Of a DNA stretch of 41,633 nucleotides, positions 32,409-41,633 are shown one piece after another; the first letter of the stretch is position 1; the number at the start of each line of letters is the position of its first letter. A program made the translations under genes and the position numbers. A model generated the notes under the pieces. That model saw only the letters and a program-made list of their open reading frames with translations. It ran no database searches and was not told the DNA's origin. The stretch lies in NCBI GenBank assembly GCA_036507075.1, contig DASXQR010000213.1:1-41633 (forward strand), given 5' to 3'. This DNA is from Acidobacteriota bacterium. Its GTDB lineage: Bacteria; Acidobacteriota; UBA6911; JACQSX01.

Positions 32409-33814
32409 AGCAGCACAAGGTTCTGGTTGTCGACGACGAGCCGGCCAATCTGCAGAAGTTGCGCCGCACCTTCATTGAGGACTATGACGTTGTAACCGCA
32501 GGCTCGGCCGCAGAGGCTCTGAAGATTTTGAGCGACCAGCCGCTCGACGTGATCATCACCGATCAGAAAATGCCGGGAATGTCAGGCGTGGAGCTGCTGG
32601 AAAAAAGTATCGAAGTTAATCCCGACATCGTCCGGATCGTTTTGACGGGCTACACGGAAGTAGAAGATTTGATCGACGCGATCAACAGCGGCCGTGTCTA
32701 CAAGTACATCACCAAGCCATGGGAACCGATGAGCCTTCGAATCACCATTCGAAAGGCGCTCGAACAGATGGAGCTGGTGAGAGAGAACCGCAGGCTGGCG
32801 GCACAGTTGGAACAAGCGAATGAGAAATTGCGCAATGAAAACCAGTTGCTGCGCACGCAGGTAGAATCCTATTTCGAGCCCGATCACATTATCTATGCCA
32901 GCAGCGCGATGAAATCCATTCTGTCGCTGCTGTCGCGCGTGGTGCAGACCGACTCAACGGTGTTAATCCAGGGTGAAACAGGAACGGGCAAGGAACTGGT
33001 AGCCCGGTATGTGCACCAAAAGGGCGATCGGGCCGGCGAGATCTTTGTTCCAGTGAACTGCGGCGCGATTCCCAAGGAACTGGCGGAAAGCGAGTTCTTC
33101 GGCCACGCCAAGGGTGCATTCACAGGAGCTACTTCGGAAAAGAAAGGTTTCTTTGAACTGGCAAATCGCGGCACGCTGTTCCTTGACGAAATCGGAGAGG
33201 CGCCGTTCGACCTGCAGGTGAAGCTCCTTCGAGTACTGGAGGACCACAGCATCCAGCCGCTTGGCGCCCAAAAAGGGCGGGACGTGGATGTTCGCATTGT
33301 AGCCAGCACCAATCGAAATCTGAGGGAAGAAGTCGAAAAGGGCAATTTTCGGCAGGATCTGTTCTATCGGCTGAATGTGTTCTCCGTTTACATCCCTCCG
33401 CTGCGGGCGCGACTCGATGACATCGAGCCGCTGGCTGATTTCTTCGTGCGCCGCACCGCCTCCAAGCTCAACAAGAAGGGAATGCACCTGCCGCCGGAAA
33501 CGCTGGCAGCCTTGAAGAATTATCGCTGGCCTGGCAACGTGCGCGAATTGGAGAACGAGATAGAACGCATGGTAATTCTCGGGGACGATGGAATGCCCCT
33601 TACTCCGGACTTGATTTCCGCGCACGTGCGCGCAGGCGACATAATTCCGCACGGAGCGGAAGGCCTGAGAGAACAGATCGGTGAGTTAGAAAAACGTATG
33701 ATTCTGGAAACTCTGGCGGCCCACAGCCACAACAAGAGTCATGCGGCGCGCGCTCTCGGGATCAGCCGGCAAACCCTGATCACTAAGCTGAAAAAAATCC
33801 AGAACGGCGTGTAG
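32405..33814 (+). CDS. sigma54-dependent response regulator (NtrC family)
   Basis: Receiver, GETGTGKE, GAFTGA, WPGNVREL, Fis HTH; ATGA overlap with the kinase. Confidence 0.94.
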   Translation: MKQHKVLVVDDEPANLQKLRRTFIEDYDVVTAGSAAEALKILSDQPLDVIITDQKMPGMSGVELLEKSIEVNPDIVRIVLTGYTEVEDLIDAINSGRVYKYITKPWEPMSLRITIRKALEQMELVRENRRLAAQLEQANEKLRNENQLLRTQVESYFEPDHIIYASSAMKSILSLLSRVVQTDSTVLIQGETGTGKELVARYVHQKGDRAGEIFVPVNCGAIPKELAESEFFGHAKGAFTGATSEKKGFFELANRGTLFLDEIGEAPFDLQVKLLRVLEDHSIQPLGAQKGRDVDVRIVASTNRNLREEVEKGNFRQDLFYRLNVFSVYIPPLRARLDDIEPLADFFVRRTASKLNKKGMHLPPETLAALKNYRWPGNVRELENEIERMVILGDDGMPLTPDLISAHVRAGDIIPHGAEGLREQIGELEKRMILETLAAHSHNKSHAARALGISRQTLITKLKKIQNGV

Positions 33815-33825
33815 GTATGCGCCAG

Positions 33826-33905
33826 CGTGGAAGGTCTGGCTTGGTGCCTTGGTGTTTACAATTTTTTTTAACCACCAAGGCACCAAGGCACCACGTTCCT
33901 TCACG
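33826..33905. repeat. Hairpin of octamer repeats (CTTGGTGC)n/(CACCAAGG)n
   Basis: cttggtgccttggtg pairs with caccaaggcaccaag; outer cgtggaagg/ccttcacg; variant of the 1692/8913 family. Confidence 0.8.
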
Positions 33906-33960
33906 ATAGAGAAACGATTGGTAATTTCCCCGTCCCGCCTCTGTTAAATTGGCAACCGAG

Positions 33961-33995
33961 TGTCAAACTTATTAACACTTCATATCAAGCTATTG
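33961..33995 (+). promoter_or_regulatory. Candidate activator site and IHF site
   Basis: TGTCAAA-ctt-ATTAACA (33961-33977); TATCAAGCTATTG (33983-33995) matches WATCAANNNNTTR. Confidence 0.55.
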
Positions 33996-34147
33996 ATTAC
34001 AATACACTAACGCCAACCACGGACCCGCCTTTAGCTTGAGTGCCGTAAACAAATTGGACATCTGGACTCTTCCCCAGCCAGTTGCCATATTCCTTATAAA
34101 CACTGTAAAACATTGACTTAAGCCTCAGAGATTGTCCTGTCCAGGAA

Positions 34148-34164
34148 TTGGCCACCTGATTGCT
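34148..34164 (+). promoter_or_regulatory. sigma54 promoter of the ECF sigma gene
   Basis: TTGGC-CACCTGA-TTGCT with correct spacing, 30 nt before the ATG. Confidence 0.75.
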
Positions 34165-34193
34165 TCTAGGTAAAGGCAAGAAGGGGGTCACTG

Positions 34194-34778
34194 ATGAGCA
34201 CACGATCATTCTTACCCACAATTGACGAAGTTGCCCTGGTGGACCGATGCCGCCGTTGTGAAACTGGAGCATACGATGAGTTCCTTAGTCGTTTCGGTAC
34301 CACGATCTATCGCGTTGCGCTTCGCATCCTTAAAAACGAGAGCGCGGCCGAGGACGCCCTTCAGGACACGCTGGTGAACGTGTTCCGGGCGATCGGGAAA
34401 TTCCGCTGCGAAGCCAAACTGAGCACGTGGCTCAATCGCATTACCACCAACGTGTGCCTTGAAATCTTAAGGAAAGAAAAAAAGAGGAAGGAAGATTCCT
34501 TCGAACACTTGCAGCATTCACTGGAGGACTCATTTCCTCATTATGAAACGCCGTTCCATTCCGTTTACCAGCGAGAACTGGGGACGCAACTGGAAGGTTC
34601 CCTGCAGCGAGTCAGCCGGAAACAGCGCGAGATCGTCAAGATGCACGATCTGGAAGGAATGACGATCCGTGAAATCGCCGAGTTTCTTGGTATCTCAGAG
34701 GGAACCGTCAAGTCGCGTCTGTTCTATGGCCGGCAGGAGTGCCGGCGACACTTGAATCGCTCTGAAAGAATTCATTGA
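34194..34778 (+). CDS. ECF-family RNA polymerase sigma factor
   Basis: AEDALQD region 2, LSTWLNRI, region 4 EIAEFLGISEGTVKSRLFYGR. Confidence 0.93.
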   Translation: MSTRSFLPTIDEVALVDRCRRCETGAYDEFLSRFGTTIYRVALRILKNESAAEDALQDTLVNVFRAIGKFRCEAKLSTWLNRITTNVCLEILRKEKKRKEDSFEHLQHSLEDSFPHYETPFHSVYQRELGTQLEGSLQRVSRKQREIVKMHDLEGMTIREIAEFLGISEGTVKSRLFYGRQECRRHLNRSERIH

Positions 34779-34897
34779 TTTGGGGAAAACAATCAACGAT
34801 CTGCAGAATTGACTCCCCGCTTTTACCCTCCCCCAGCCCGGCGTCTCGCCCCAGCCGTCGGCCACAAGCCGACGGAAGAGATGCCGGGCCCCCACCA

Positions 34898-34906
34898 TGA
34901 TATAAT
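34898..34906 (+). promoter_or_regulatory. Extended -10 promoter element
   Basis: TGaTATAAT perfect consensus upstream of the hypothetical-mnmA-lpxB genes. Confidence 0.55.
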
Positions 34907-34923
34907 CAATCGCTTTCCTCCGC

Positions 34924-35736
34924 ATGAAGCACTATTTAGCACGGGACCGGGCTGGAGCAATGAAGATACGGCCTTGGTTTTTCTTTTCCGTAACGTTCGA
35001 CCTTCGAGACATTCGCTCGCGCGTTTGCGAGACGCTGGATCGAGGCTTCCAGGCGGAAATGATTGATCTGGAAGACGACCTGATCTGGACCCCCGACATG
35101 GTGATTGAACGGCAGAGCGACTTTCTGAATACTGCCGGCGAGCAGATCGAGCCGCCGGACAATTTCAATTCCGCTCCCATCGAGAGTCGCGCAGAAAACA
35201 AGTTCATGGAGTACCTGCTGCGATATCACAAGATTTCGGTCCACCGGAACACGGTCTACGAGCTTTACGCCACCGCTCAGGAGCAGCTCGACGACTTCAA
35301 GATTCGGTGTCGCGAGATGGCGCGGGAAGCGATGAACGACGATTTCCGCAGTCTTTTGGATCGCTACCTGCGGCGGCTGGTCCAGTTGGAAGATTCGATG
35401 CGGCGGGCGGTCGACGATGTCAACAGCGACGCGGAAACCACCGCCCGGCAGCACTTTGAGTTGAATCGCATTTTTCTGGAATTGAAAGAGGACTTGTCGT
35501 CGTTGTTTCTCGAGCCTGAGCTTGACGACCGCGGGCCGAGGCAGGTTGAGTGCGACCCACTGCTCCAGATTTTGGATCTGAAGGAGAAAGTGGACACTTT
35601 CCAGAGCGACCTGAAGTCGGACTTGAGAAAACTGAAGCAGAGCTTTTCCCATCGTGCCGATTCCATTGAGTTTTTTCAGTTGCCGCTCACGTTGAATCAG
35701 GTGCGGCTGTTCAATACGGCCATCCTGTGGCAGTGA
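34924..35736 (+). CDS. Hypothetical alpha-helical protein
   Basis: 270-aa ORF co-oriented with mnmA; start may be 34960. Confidence 0.75.
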   Translation: MKHYLARDRAGAMKIRPWFFFSVTFDLRDIRSRVCETLDRGFQAEMIDLEDDLIWTPDMVIERQSDFLNTAGEQIEPPDNFNSAPIESRAENKFMEYLLRYHKISVHRNTVYELYATAQEQLDDFKIRCREMAREAMNDDFRSLLDRYLRRLVQLEDSMRRAVDDVNSDAETTARQHFELNRIFLELKEDLSSLFLEPELDDRGPRQVECDPLLQILDLKEKVDTFQSDLKSDLRKLKQSFSHRADSIEFFQLPLTLNQVRLFNTAILWQ

Positions 35737-35762
35737 TTGCGGCGGACCAAAGAGAAAACAGC

Positions 35763-36866
35763 ATGTCACGCATACTGGTTGCCATGAGCGGCGGAGTAGA
35801 CAGTTCGACGGTCGCATCCCTGCTGGTCGAAGAGGGGCACGATGTCGTCGGTTGTTCGATGCAGCTTTGGGACCAGACCCGCAACTCCGCGGAACCGAGC
35901 CATGGCCGCTGCTGCTCGCTGGATGATCTGTATGACGCCCGGACGGTGGCAACCCAACTGGGGATTCCGTTCTATGTCCTCAACATGGAGGAAGCGTTTC
36001 AGAAGTCTGTGATCGAGCCCTTCGTGCGTGACTACCTCGATGGCAAGACGCCATCTCCCTGCGTCCGCTGCAACACTTTTCTGAAGTTCAACCGGCTGAT
36101 CCAGTTTGCCCGCAGCATCGGCGCTGTAAAGGTAGCCACCGGACACTACGCGCGCGTTGCGCGTCAAGGCCAGCAGTTTGAATTGCGCAAGGGGCTCGAT
36201 GCGTCCAAGGACCAGTCATATTTTCTCTTTGAACTTACGCAGCGACAACTGTCGCAGATCGCTTTTCCTCTGGGCGACAAGACAAAAGTGGAGACGCGCC
36301 GCATTGCCTCGCTCAAAAATATTGCCACCTCACAAAAGCCGGACAGCCAGGAGATCTGTTTTGTCAGCGACGGCGATTACGCCGGTTTCATCCAGCGCAA
36401 CGCCGCTGATCTGCTGGACCAGGATGCCGAAGCGGAGGCTGTGAAGCTGATGTCGGCCGGTCCGATCCATTCTCGTTCCGGCCAGATTCTGGGAACGCAC
36501 CAGGGCAGCCTGCGATATACCGTGGGCCAGCGAAAGGGGCTCGGAATCAGCAGCCGGGAAAGACTCTATGTTCTATCTACGGATCGTCCAACCAACACTG
36601 TCGTCGTCGGGAGTCGGGACGAACTTTTGGGCTCGACCATGGTGCTGGAGAAGACTCATTGGATAGCGGGAAGAGAGCCGGCGCGATCGATTCGCTGTTG
36701 TGTGAAGATCCGATCCCGTCATGAGGAAGCATCAGCAACCGTGCATCCGATCGAAGAGCGGCGTTGTCGCGTGGAATTTGACGAAGCACAGTCATCGATA
36801 ACACCCGGGCAGGCCGCAGTTTTTTACGAGGGAGACAGGGTTCTCGGCGGCGGTTGGATTTCTTAG
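35763..36866 (+). CDS. mnmA: tRNA 2-thiouridine(34) synthase MnmA
   Basis: [54 protein letters not shown]. Confidence 0.97.
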   Translation: MSRILVAMSGGVDSSTVASLLVEEGHDVVGCSMQLWDQTRNSAEPSHGRCCSLDDLYDARTVATQLGIPFYVLNMEEAFQKSVIEPFVRDYLDGKTPSPCVRCNTFLKFNRLIQFARSIGAVKVATGHYARVARQGQQFELRKGLDASKDQSYFLFELTQRQLSQIAFPLGDKTKVETRRIASLKNIATSQKPDSQEICFVSDGDYAGFIQRNAADLLDQDAEAEAVKLMSAGPIHSRSGQILGTHQGSLRYTVGQRKGLGISSRERLYVLSTDRPTNTVVVGSRDELLGSTMVLEKTHWIAGREPARSIRCCVKIRSRHEEASATVHPIEERRCRVEFDEAQSSITPGQAAVFYEGDRVLGGGWIS

Positions 36867-36871
36867 ACCGA

Positions 36872-38062
36872 ATGAACAGGCCGGCTGTGCCAGACCCGGA
36901 ATCGGCCACTCGATGCACACCGATTTCGGTGCTGGTGGTCGCCGGCGAGGCTTCGGGTGATCTGCATGCTTCCAATCTGTGCAGGGAACTGATGTCCCTG
37001 AGCCGCCGGCCGGTGGAACTGTGGGGTAGCGGCGGGGAACGCCTCGAGGCCCTCGGCGCCCGGCTGTTGGCATCGACCCACCAGCTTGGCGCGATCGGAC
37101 CGGCGGCTGCAATGAGCCAGTTGCATCGTTATTACAAACTGTATCGCGCCATCGTGCGGCAGGCGGAAGCAGCCAGGCCGGACCTCACTATTCTGGTGGA
37201 CTTTCCCGATTTCAATCTTCCGCTGGCCCGAGCCTTCAAAAAGCGCGGCATTGGGCCGATTGCGTATTTCATCAGCCCGCAATTGTGGGCGTGGCGCCGC
37301 TGGAGGGTAAGAGGTATCGCCCGCGATGTCGACAAAATGATCGTCCTGTTACCTTTTGAAGTCGATTTTTACCGCAGATACGGCGTGCGGGCAGACTATT
37401 TCGGCCATCCCCTGGCGAGTCGAAAGCTTCCGCGGAAGGATCGCGACGCTTTCGTCTCTGAACTGGGTGTAAATTCCAGGGATGTGCTGGTGGCGGTATT
37501 GCCCGGCAGCCGCCGGCGGGAAATCGGAACGATTCTTCCCGCCATCCTGAGCGGCGCGCGGCGCCTGCCGGCCGATGAGCGCGCCCGTTTACATCTGGTG
37601 GTCGCCTGCGCTCCGGGAATGGAGCCGCTGGCTCGCGAAATCAGTGATCATCACGGCACCGGCTGCAGGATTACCTTCGAGGGCGACAGCGAACGGGTGC
37701 TGGTGAACTGCGATTACGCCCTGGTCAAGAGCGGTACTTCCACGCTGGAAGCGGGATTAGCGGAAATCCCGTTTTGCATCGTCTATAAGACTTCACCCTG
37801 GACGTCGACGCTGGTGCGCCTGCTCGTCGAGACGGAGCATTATGGACTTCCGAACTTGATTCTCAATGAGCGGGTGGTTCCGGAGTTGATGCAAGGCAAG
37901 GCAAACCCGCGTAAGATTGCCGAAGTCCTCTCGTCCTTTGTCAACAGGGATGCCCGCTGGGAAACTGTTCGGCAGAAATTGCATCCTTTAAAGGACAGGC
38001 TCTTTGGTGCGGATCCTTACAGGAATGCCGCCCTGGCGCTGGTTGAGTTGAGCACGAATTGA
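36872..38062 (+). CDS. lpxB: Lipid-A-disaccharide synthase
   Basis: AGEASGDLH, VDFPDFN, SPQLWAWR, LPFE, GHPL, LPGSR, KSGTSTLE, LPN; start uncertain. Confidence 0.93.
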   Translation: MNRPAVPDPESATRCTPISVLVVAGEASGDLHASNLCRELMSLSRRPVELWGSGGERLEALGARLLASTHQLGAIGPAAAMSQLHRYYKLYRAIVRQAEAARPDLTILVDFPDFNLPLARAFKKRGIGPIAYFISPQLWAWRRWRVRGIARDVDKMIVLLPFEVDFYRRYGVRADYFGHPLASRKLPRKDRDAFVSELGVNSRDVLVAVLPGSRRREIGTILPAILSGARRLPADERARLHLVVACAPGMEPLAREISDHHGTGCRITFEGDSERVLVNCDYALVKSGTSTLEAGLAEIPFCIVYKTSPWTSTLVRLLVETEHYGLPNLILNERVVPELMQGKANPRKIAEVLSSFVNRDARWETVRQKLHPLKDRLFGADPYRNAALALVELSTN

Positions 38063-38097
38063 TACACGCAAATTCGTGCTCCACGTTGGAAACAGCT

Positions 38098-40077
38098 ATG
38101 AGAAGAATCTTATTGGTCTCGGCTTTCTTTTGTTGTTCCCTGGCGGTACGGGCGCAGGCTCCAGCCAGGATCGACGTCCTGCATTACGAATTGAATGTCG
38201 AAGTCGATCCGGAGAACCACGCTTTGAAGGGCCAGGCGAACATCCGGGTGCGCCTTTCCGAACCCGCGCGAAACATCCCGTTTGAAATTCACAATCGTTT
38301 CAGCCTGTCCGACGTCACAGACGAGGGCGGAAAACAATTGCCGACACGATTTGACGAGAACAACAATAACCGCTTTTTCGTTACCACCGAAGGAAACTTC
38401 CCCGCCGGGGAGAAGACACTGCGCATGTCTTATGAAGGGGTGCTGGAACGGGAGAGCTCCGGTATTTTTGACAGGTCCCGCGTGATGAACGGGTACGTGG
38501 ATGAAGGACGCGCCTACATGATGTACTCGGCGCGCTGGTTTCCGATGCACGATCCGCTGTTTGATCCAGCCACGGCCAGAGTCACCGTCACCGTGCCGCA
38601 TAACTTCGTGCCCGTAGTCGCGGGCGTGCCCCAGCCGGCCAGGGCCGCCGGAAACAAGGATGTCTTTGTGTGGGAGCTGCGACAGCCATCCAGCCAGCTC
38701 TCGCTGGTGGTGGCCAAGTTGAAGCAACACAATTCCAACGCCGAAAATGTGCCGCTGCATCTCTTCCTCAGCGACGCACAGACTTCGCGGGCCGACGCGA
38801 TTGCGCAGCAGATCAGCGCCGTGTTCACGTATTTCCAGCGTACGGTCGGCTCTTATCCCTTCGGCCATCTTTCAGCGGTGGAAATTGCCGATGATGTGCG
38901 TGACGAACTGGGCGCTCCGGGGGTGATTTATTTGCCTTCCCTGCTGTTAAAGAGCCCGAAACTTTCCGATGCGGAGCTGGCGCGTCGCGTGGCGCTGCAG
39001 TGGTGGGGGCTGGGCGCAATGCCGGCCACGCGGAACGATATGCTGCTGGCTGACGGAATTGCGTACTACGAGGCGGCGCTTTACCTGGAGAGCAAGGACA
39101 AGGATGCCGCCAAGGATGAGATCCTGAAGCTGGCAGTGCTGGCGTTGAAATATGAAAGCCGTTCGCCTATCAGCAACGCCTATACGCTCGGCTTTCGCGG
39201 CGAAGAGTACGAATCGATCGTGGCGGGCAAGGGCGCCTGGATCTTCCACATGCTGGAGGACCTGCTGGGACGGGAAAAGGTGACCTCGGCATTGAGGGAA
39301 ATCGCAGTGCGCAATATGGGAAAACAGGTGCCGCTGTCCCAGCTTCAGTCCGCGCTGGCGGCGGGCAGCGATAAGGACCTGAAGGGTTTTTTTGCTCAAT
39401 GGGTGGAGAGCACGGGCATACCGGAGCTGGATGTGGATTATACCGTTTTCAAACAGGCGGACGGCACGTTTCGAGTTGCCGGTACGGTGCGACAAAACCT
39501 GGAGCTGTTCCAGATGCCTCTGCAGGTGGCCGTGGAAACCAAGAACAAGCGCGAAGTGACGACAGTCCAGGTCACCGGTAAGAACACGAAATTCGACATC
39601 CGGACCGCAGAACGCCCTGTCAAAGTTATTCCTGATCCCGACCAGAAGTTGCTGCGGAATTCAACCGAAATGGAAGTGTCCGTGCACATCGCGCTGGGTT
39701 ATGAGTTTTTTCAAAGAAATCAATTCCTGGAAGCGATCCGTGAATACGAACGCGCAACCAAGCTGAACCCGCGCAGCTCGATGGCCCATTACAGACTGGG
39801 CGAGGTATTCTTCGAGCAGTTCAACACGAATAGTGCGGGCCAGGCTTTCCGCGACGCCCTGAACGGAGATTTGCAGCCCAAGTGGGTCGAACCGCTGAGC
39901 CGCCTGCATCTGGGGATGATCTTCGACATGTTGAATGAACGGCAAAGGGCCCTGGCCGAGTATCAGAAAGTGATCAATGCCAAGGACAACTCCTTTGGGG
40001 CGGTCGACCAGGCCGAGCAGTACTCCAAAGAACCATTCACGAAGAAGACGACGATCATGGATAAAGAGGATAAATAA
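38098..40077 (+). CDS. Secreted M1 aminopeptidase-fold protein with C-terminal TPRs (degenerate active site)
   Basis: Signal peptide, HYELNVEVDP, WFP, YPF, QWWG, KGAWIFHML, FFAQWV, TPR repeats. Confidence 0.85.
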   Translation: MRRILLVSAFFCCSLAVRAQAPARIDVLHYELNVEVDPENHALKGQANIRVRLSEPARNIPFEIHNRFSLSDVTDEGGKQLPTRFDENNNNRFFVTTEGNFPAGEKTLRMSYEGVLERESSGIFDRSRVMNGYVDEGRAYMMYSARWFPMHDPLFDPATARVTVTVPHNFVPVVAGVPQPARAAGNKDVFVWELRQPSSQLSLVVAKLKQHNSNAENVPLHLFLSDAQTSRADAIAQQISAVFTYFQRTVGSYPFGHLSAVEIADDVRDELGAPGVIYLPSLLLKSPKLSDAELARRVALQWWGLGAMPATRNDMLLADGIAYYEAALYLESKDKDAAKDEILKLAVLALKYESRSPISNAYTLGFRGEEYESIVAGKGAWIFHMLEDLLGREKVTSALREIAVRNMGKQVPLSQLQSALAAGSDKDLKGFFAQWVESTGIPELDVDYTVFKQADGTFRVAGTVRQNLELFQMPLQVAVETKNKREVTTVQVTGKNTKFDIRTAERPVKVIPDPDQKLLRNSTEMEVSVHIALGYEFFQRNQFLEAIREYERATKLNPRSSMAHYRLGEVFFEQFNTNSAGQAFRDALNGDLQPKWVEPLSRLHLGMIFDMLNERQRALAEYQKVINAKDNSFGAVDQAEQYSKEPFTKKTTIMDKEDK

Positions 40078-40127
40078 GCGTCCCGCGGGCGTCAGCCCGC
40101 GGCTGAATTTTGGACATTTCCCCGGAG

Positions 40128-40241
40128 TCGGAGCCGAGGCGCGGGAGCGCCCGGCCCAGGAATGTTGGTTACTGGCAGCACGTCACGGGCCAGGAATCGA
40201 CTTACATGCCTGGGCCGGGCGCTTCCGCGCCTCGGCTCCGA
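40128..40241. repeat. 33-bp inverted repeat between convergent genes
   Basis: 40128-40160 versus 40209-40241, one G-T pair; a smaller hairpin lies at 40083-40102. Confidence 0.85.
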
Positions 40242-40280
40242 TTGTTTCGCTGGCGGTACTGACCCTGGGTATGAGGACAT

Positions 40281-41396
40281 TTAGACAGCTTTCAGGCGCT
40301 CGGTTTCCTGTCTCAGTCGCTGCTGCAGTATCCCCACCACTGCCGCTTCTTCGGGCTCCAGGCCGGGCAATGAACGAGAGATTTCCTCTTCGGCCCGCTG
40401 TTTGAGAGTTTCAAGCAGGGAGCCGTCCAGGTACGAATCGATCACGGCGGGATGGATGTAGCACTTACGGCAGATCGAGGGCGTATTCCCCAGTTTCTCT
40501 GCCACCCTTTCAATTGCGCGCAGAAGGTTCTTCTTCGCCTGCGCCTGCGAATCGAACGCCTGAAGCTCCCGCAGAGCCATAGCTGCCAGCACAGTTCCCG
40601 CCCAGGTTCGAAAATCCTTGGCGGTAAACTCCTCCCCCGCGATTTGTCTGAGATATTCGTTAACATCGGCGGAGCCGATTGACTGAGGTTGCTGCTCTTC
40701 ATTCATGTACTGAAAGAGCTCGTACCCGGGGATTTCCTGGCAACGCTTCACGATTTTTGCGAGACGGCGATCGTTAAGCTTGATGGAGTGTTGCTTTCCG
40801 CCCTTGCCGCGAAAACGGAATACCATTGTGCCGCCCGATATGTCCACGTGTTGATCCCGCATGGTCGTCAAACCAAAGGACCGATTCTCGCGGGCATACT
40901 CCTCATTGCCAACTCGAATCAGGGTGGTCTCGAGAAGCCTGACAACCGTGGCCAAGACTTTTGCGCGGGGCAGACCCTGCAGAGCAAGGTCTTTTTGGAC
41001 CCTTTCCCGTATTCGGGGCAGAACCCCAGAAAATGCGATCAAGCGATCGTACTTGGTGTTGTCCCGAACTTTGCGCCAGCGGGGATGGTATTTGTACTGT
41101 TTTCGTCCGCGGGCATCTCGGCCGGTGGCCTGAAGGTGTCCCTGCGCAGATGGGCAAATCCAGACGTCTTTCCAGGCGGGTGGAATCGCGAGAGCCTTGA
41201 TGCGTTTGACCTCGTTGTCGTCGCGCAGCGCTCGGCCTCCGGGCAAAAAAAATTGGAAACCTTTGCCCGCGCGCTTGCGAGAGATGCCGGGCTTATCATC
41301 GGTGACATAGCGCAAACCCGCAGCCTGTGCCGATTCGACCGGATCGGTCACGAGACTGATGGGAGATTTTTTTCTGTTCCGGCTGCTTCGCTTCAT
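40281..41396 (-). CDS. DNA topoisomerase IB (poxvirus-like bacterial type)
   Basis: GHLQATGRDARGRKQY, IRVGNEEY, FRGKGGK, AKDFRTW, LGNTP..CRKCYIHP; ATG 41396 preferred. Confidence 0.93.
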   Translation of the reverse strand: MKRSSRNRKKSPISLVTDPVESAQAAGLRYVTDDKPGISRKRAGKGFQFFLPGGRALRDDNEVKRIKALAIPPAWKDVWICPSAQGHLQATGRDARGRKQYKYHPRWRKVRDNTKYDRLIAFSGVLPRIRERVQKDLALQGLPRAKVLATVVRLLETTLIRVGNEEYARENRSFGLTTMRDQHVDISGGTMVFRFRGKGGKQHSIKLNDRRLAKIVKRCQEIPGYELFQYMNEEQQPQSIGSADVNEYLRQIAGEEFTAKDFRTWAGTVLAAMALRELQAFDSQAQAKKNLLRAIERVAEKLGNTPSICRKCYIHPAVIDSYLDGSLLETLKQRAEEEISRSLPGLEPEEAAVVGILQQRLRQETERLKAV

Positions 41397-41633
41397 GACT
41401 TCAGTATAGCGAGAGGAGTACGGTGGTAAGTTTTCACCACAAAGATACAGCCCGGCCGTCGGCCGCAACCAAACAAAAAGCCGAAGACGGTCACGTGCAC
41501 GTAGTCGCAAAACGTAGACGTTGACGTCACTGCTGTCCAAATCAGCCGGCATTCTTGTACTCACGTTAATGTTTTCCTCGGTACTGGTTGGATTTTGTCC
41601 CCGTGCCGTGTCCAGGCCTATCCAAACATGGTA

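Noticed and set aside
38050..38081. 11-bp hairpin over the lpxB stop as a terminator
   Set aside because: No U-tract and the next gene starts 17 nt later; function cannot be supported.

Overview
Core-genome window, most likely from an Acidobacteriota bacterium (inferred from the Cys-rich N-terminal insertion in RpoB and the protein families present). 1-13160 is the conserved tuf(3' end)-rpmG-tRNA-Trp-secE-nusG-rplK-rplA-rplJ-rplL-rpoB-rpoC cluster. It is followed by a low-GC orphan fragment, a secreted protein, a benzoate-CoA-ligase-family enzyme and a GT-C membrane glycosyltransferase. Next comes a type IVa pilus locus (pilB-pilT-pilC-pilS, an inverted pilR, two near-identical pilins under a sigma54 promoter). 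The rest holds a UbiA/MqnP prenyltransferase, a GNAT plus OSBS/N-succinylamino-acid racemase pair, a sensor kinase/sigma54 regulator pair, an ECF sigma factor, mnmA, lpxB, a catalytically degenerate M1 peptidase-TPR protein and topoisomerase IB. The most unusual signal is non-coding. Most spacers of the ribosomal/RNAP operon are filled with degenerate 7-9 nt tandem micro-repeats arranged as inverted arms, with several different repeat units. Some arms pair locally with G-U wobbles that work only on the transcribed strand. Others pair over about 700 nt in nested fashion around rpmG and tRNA-Trp. Related hairpin repeats recur across the window, and no mobilising enzyme is encoded here. All alignments and counts were done by eye.
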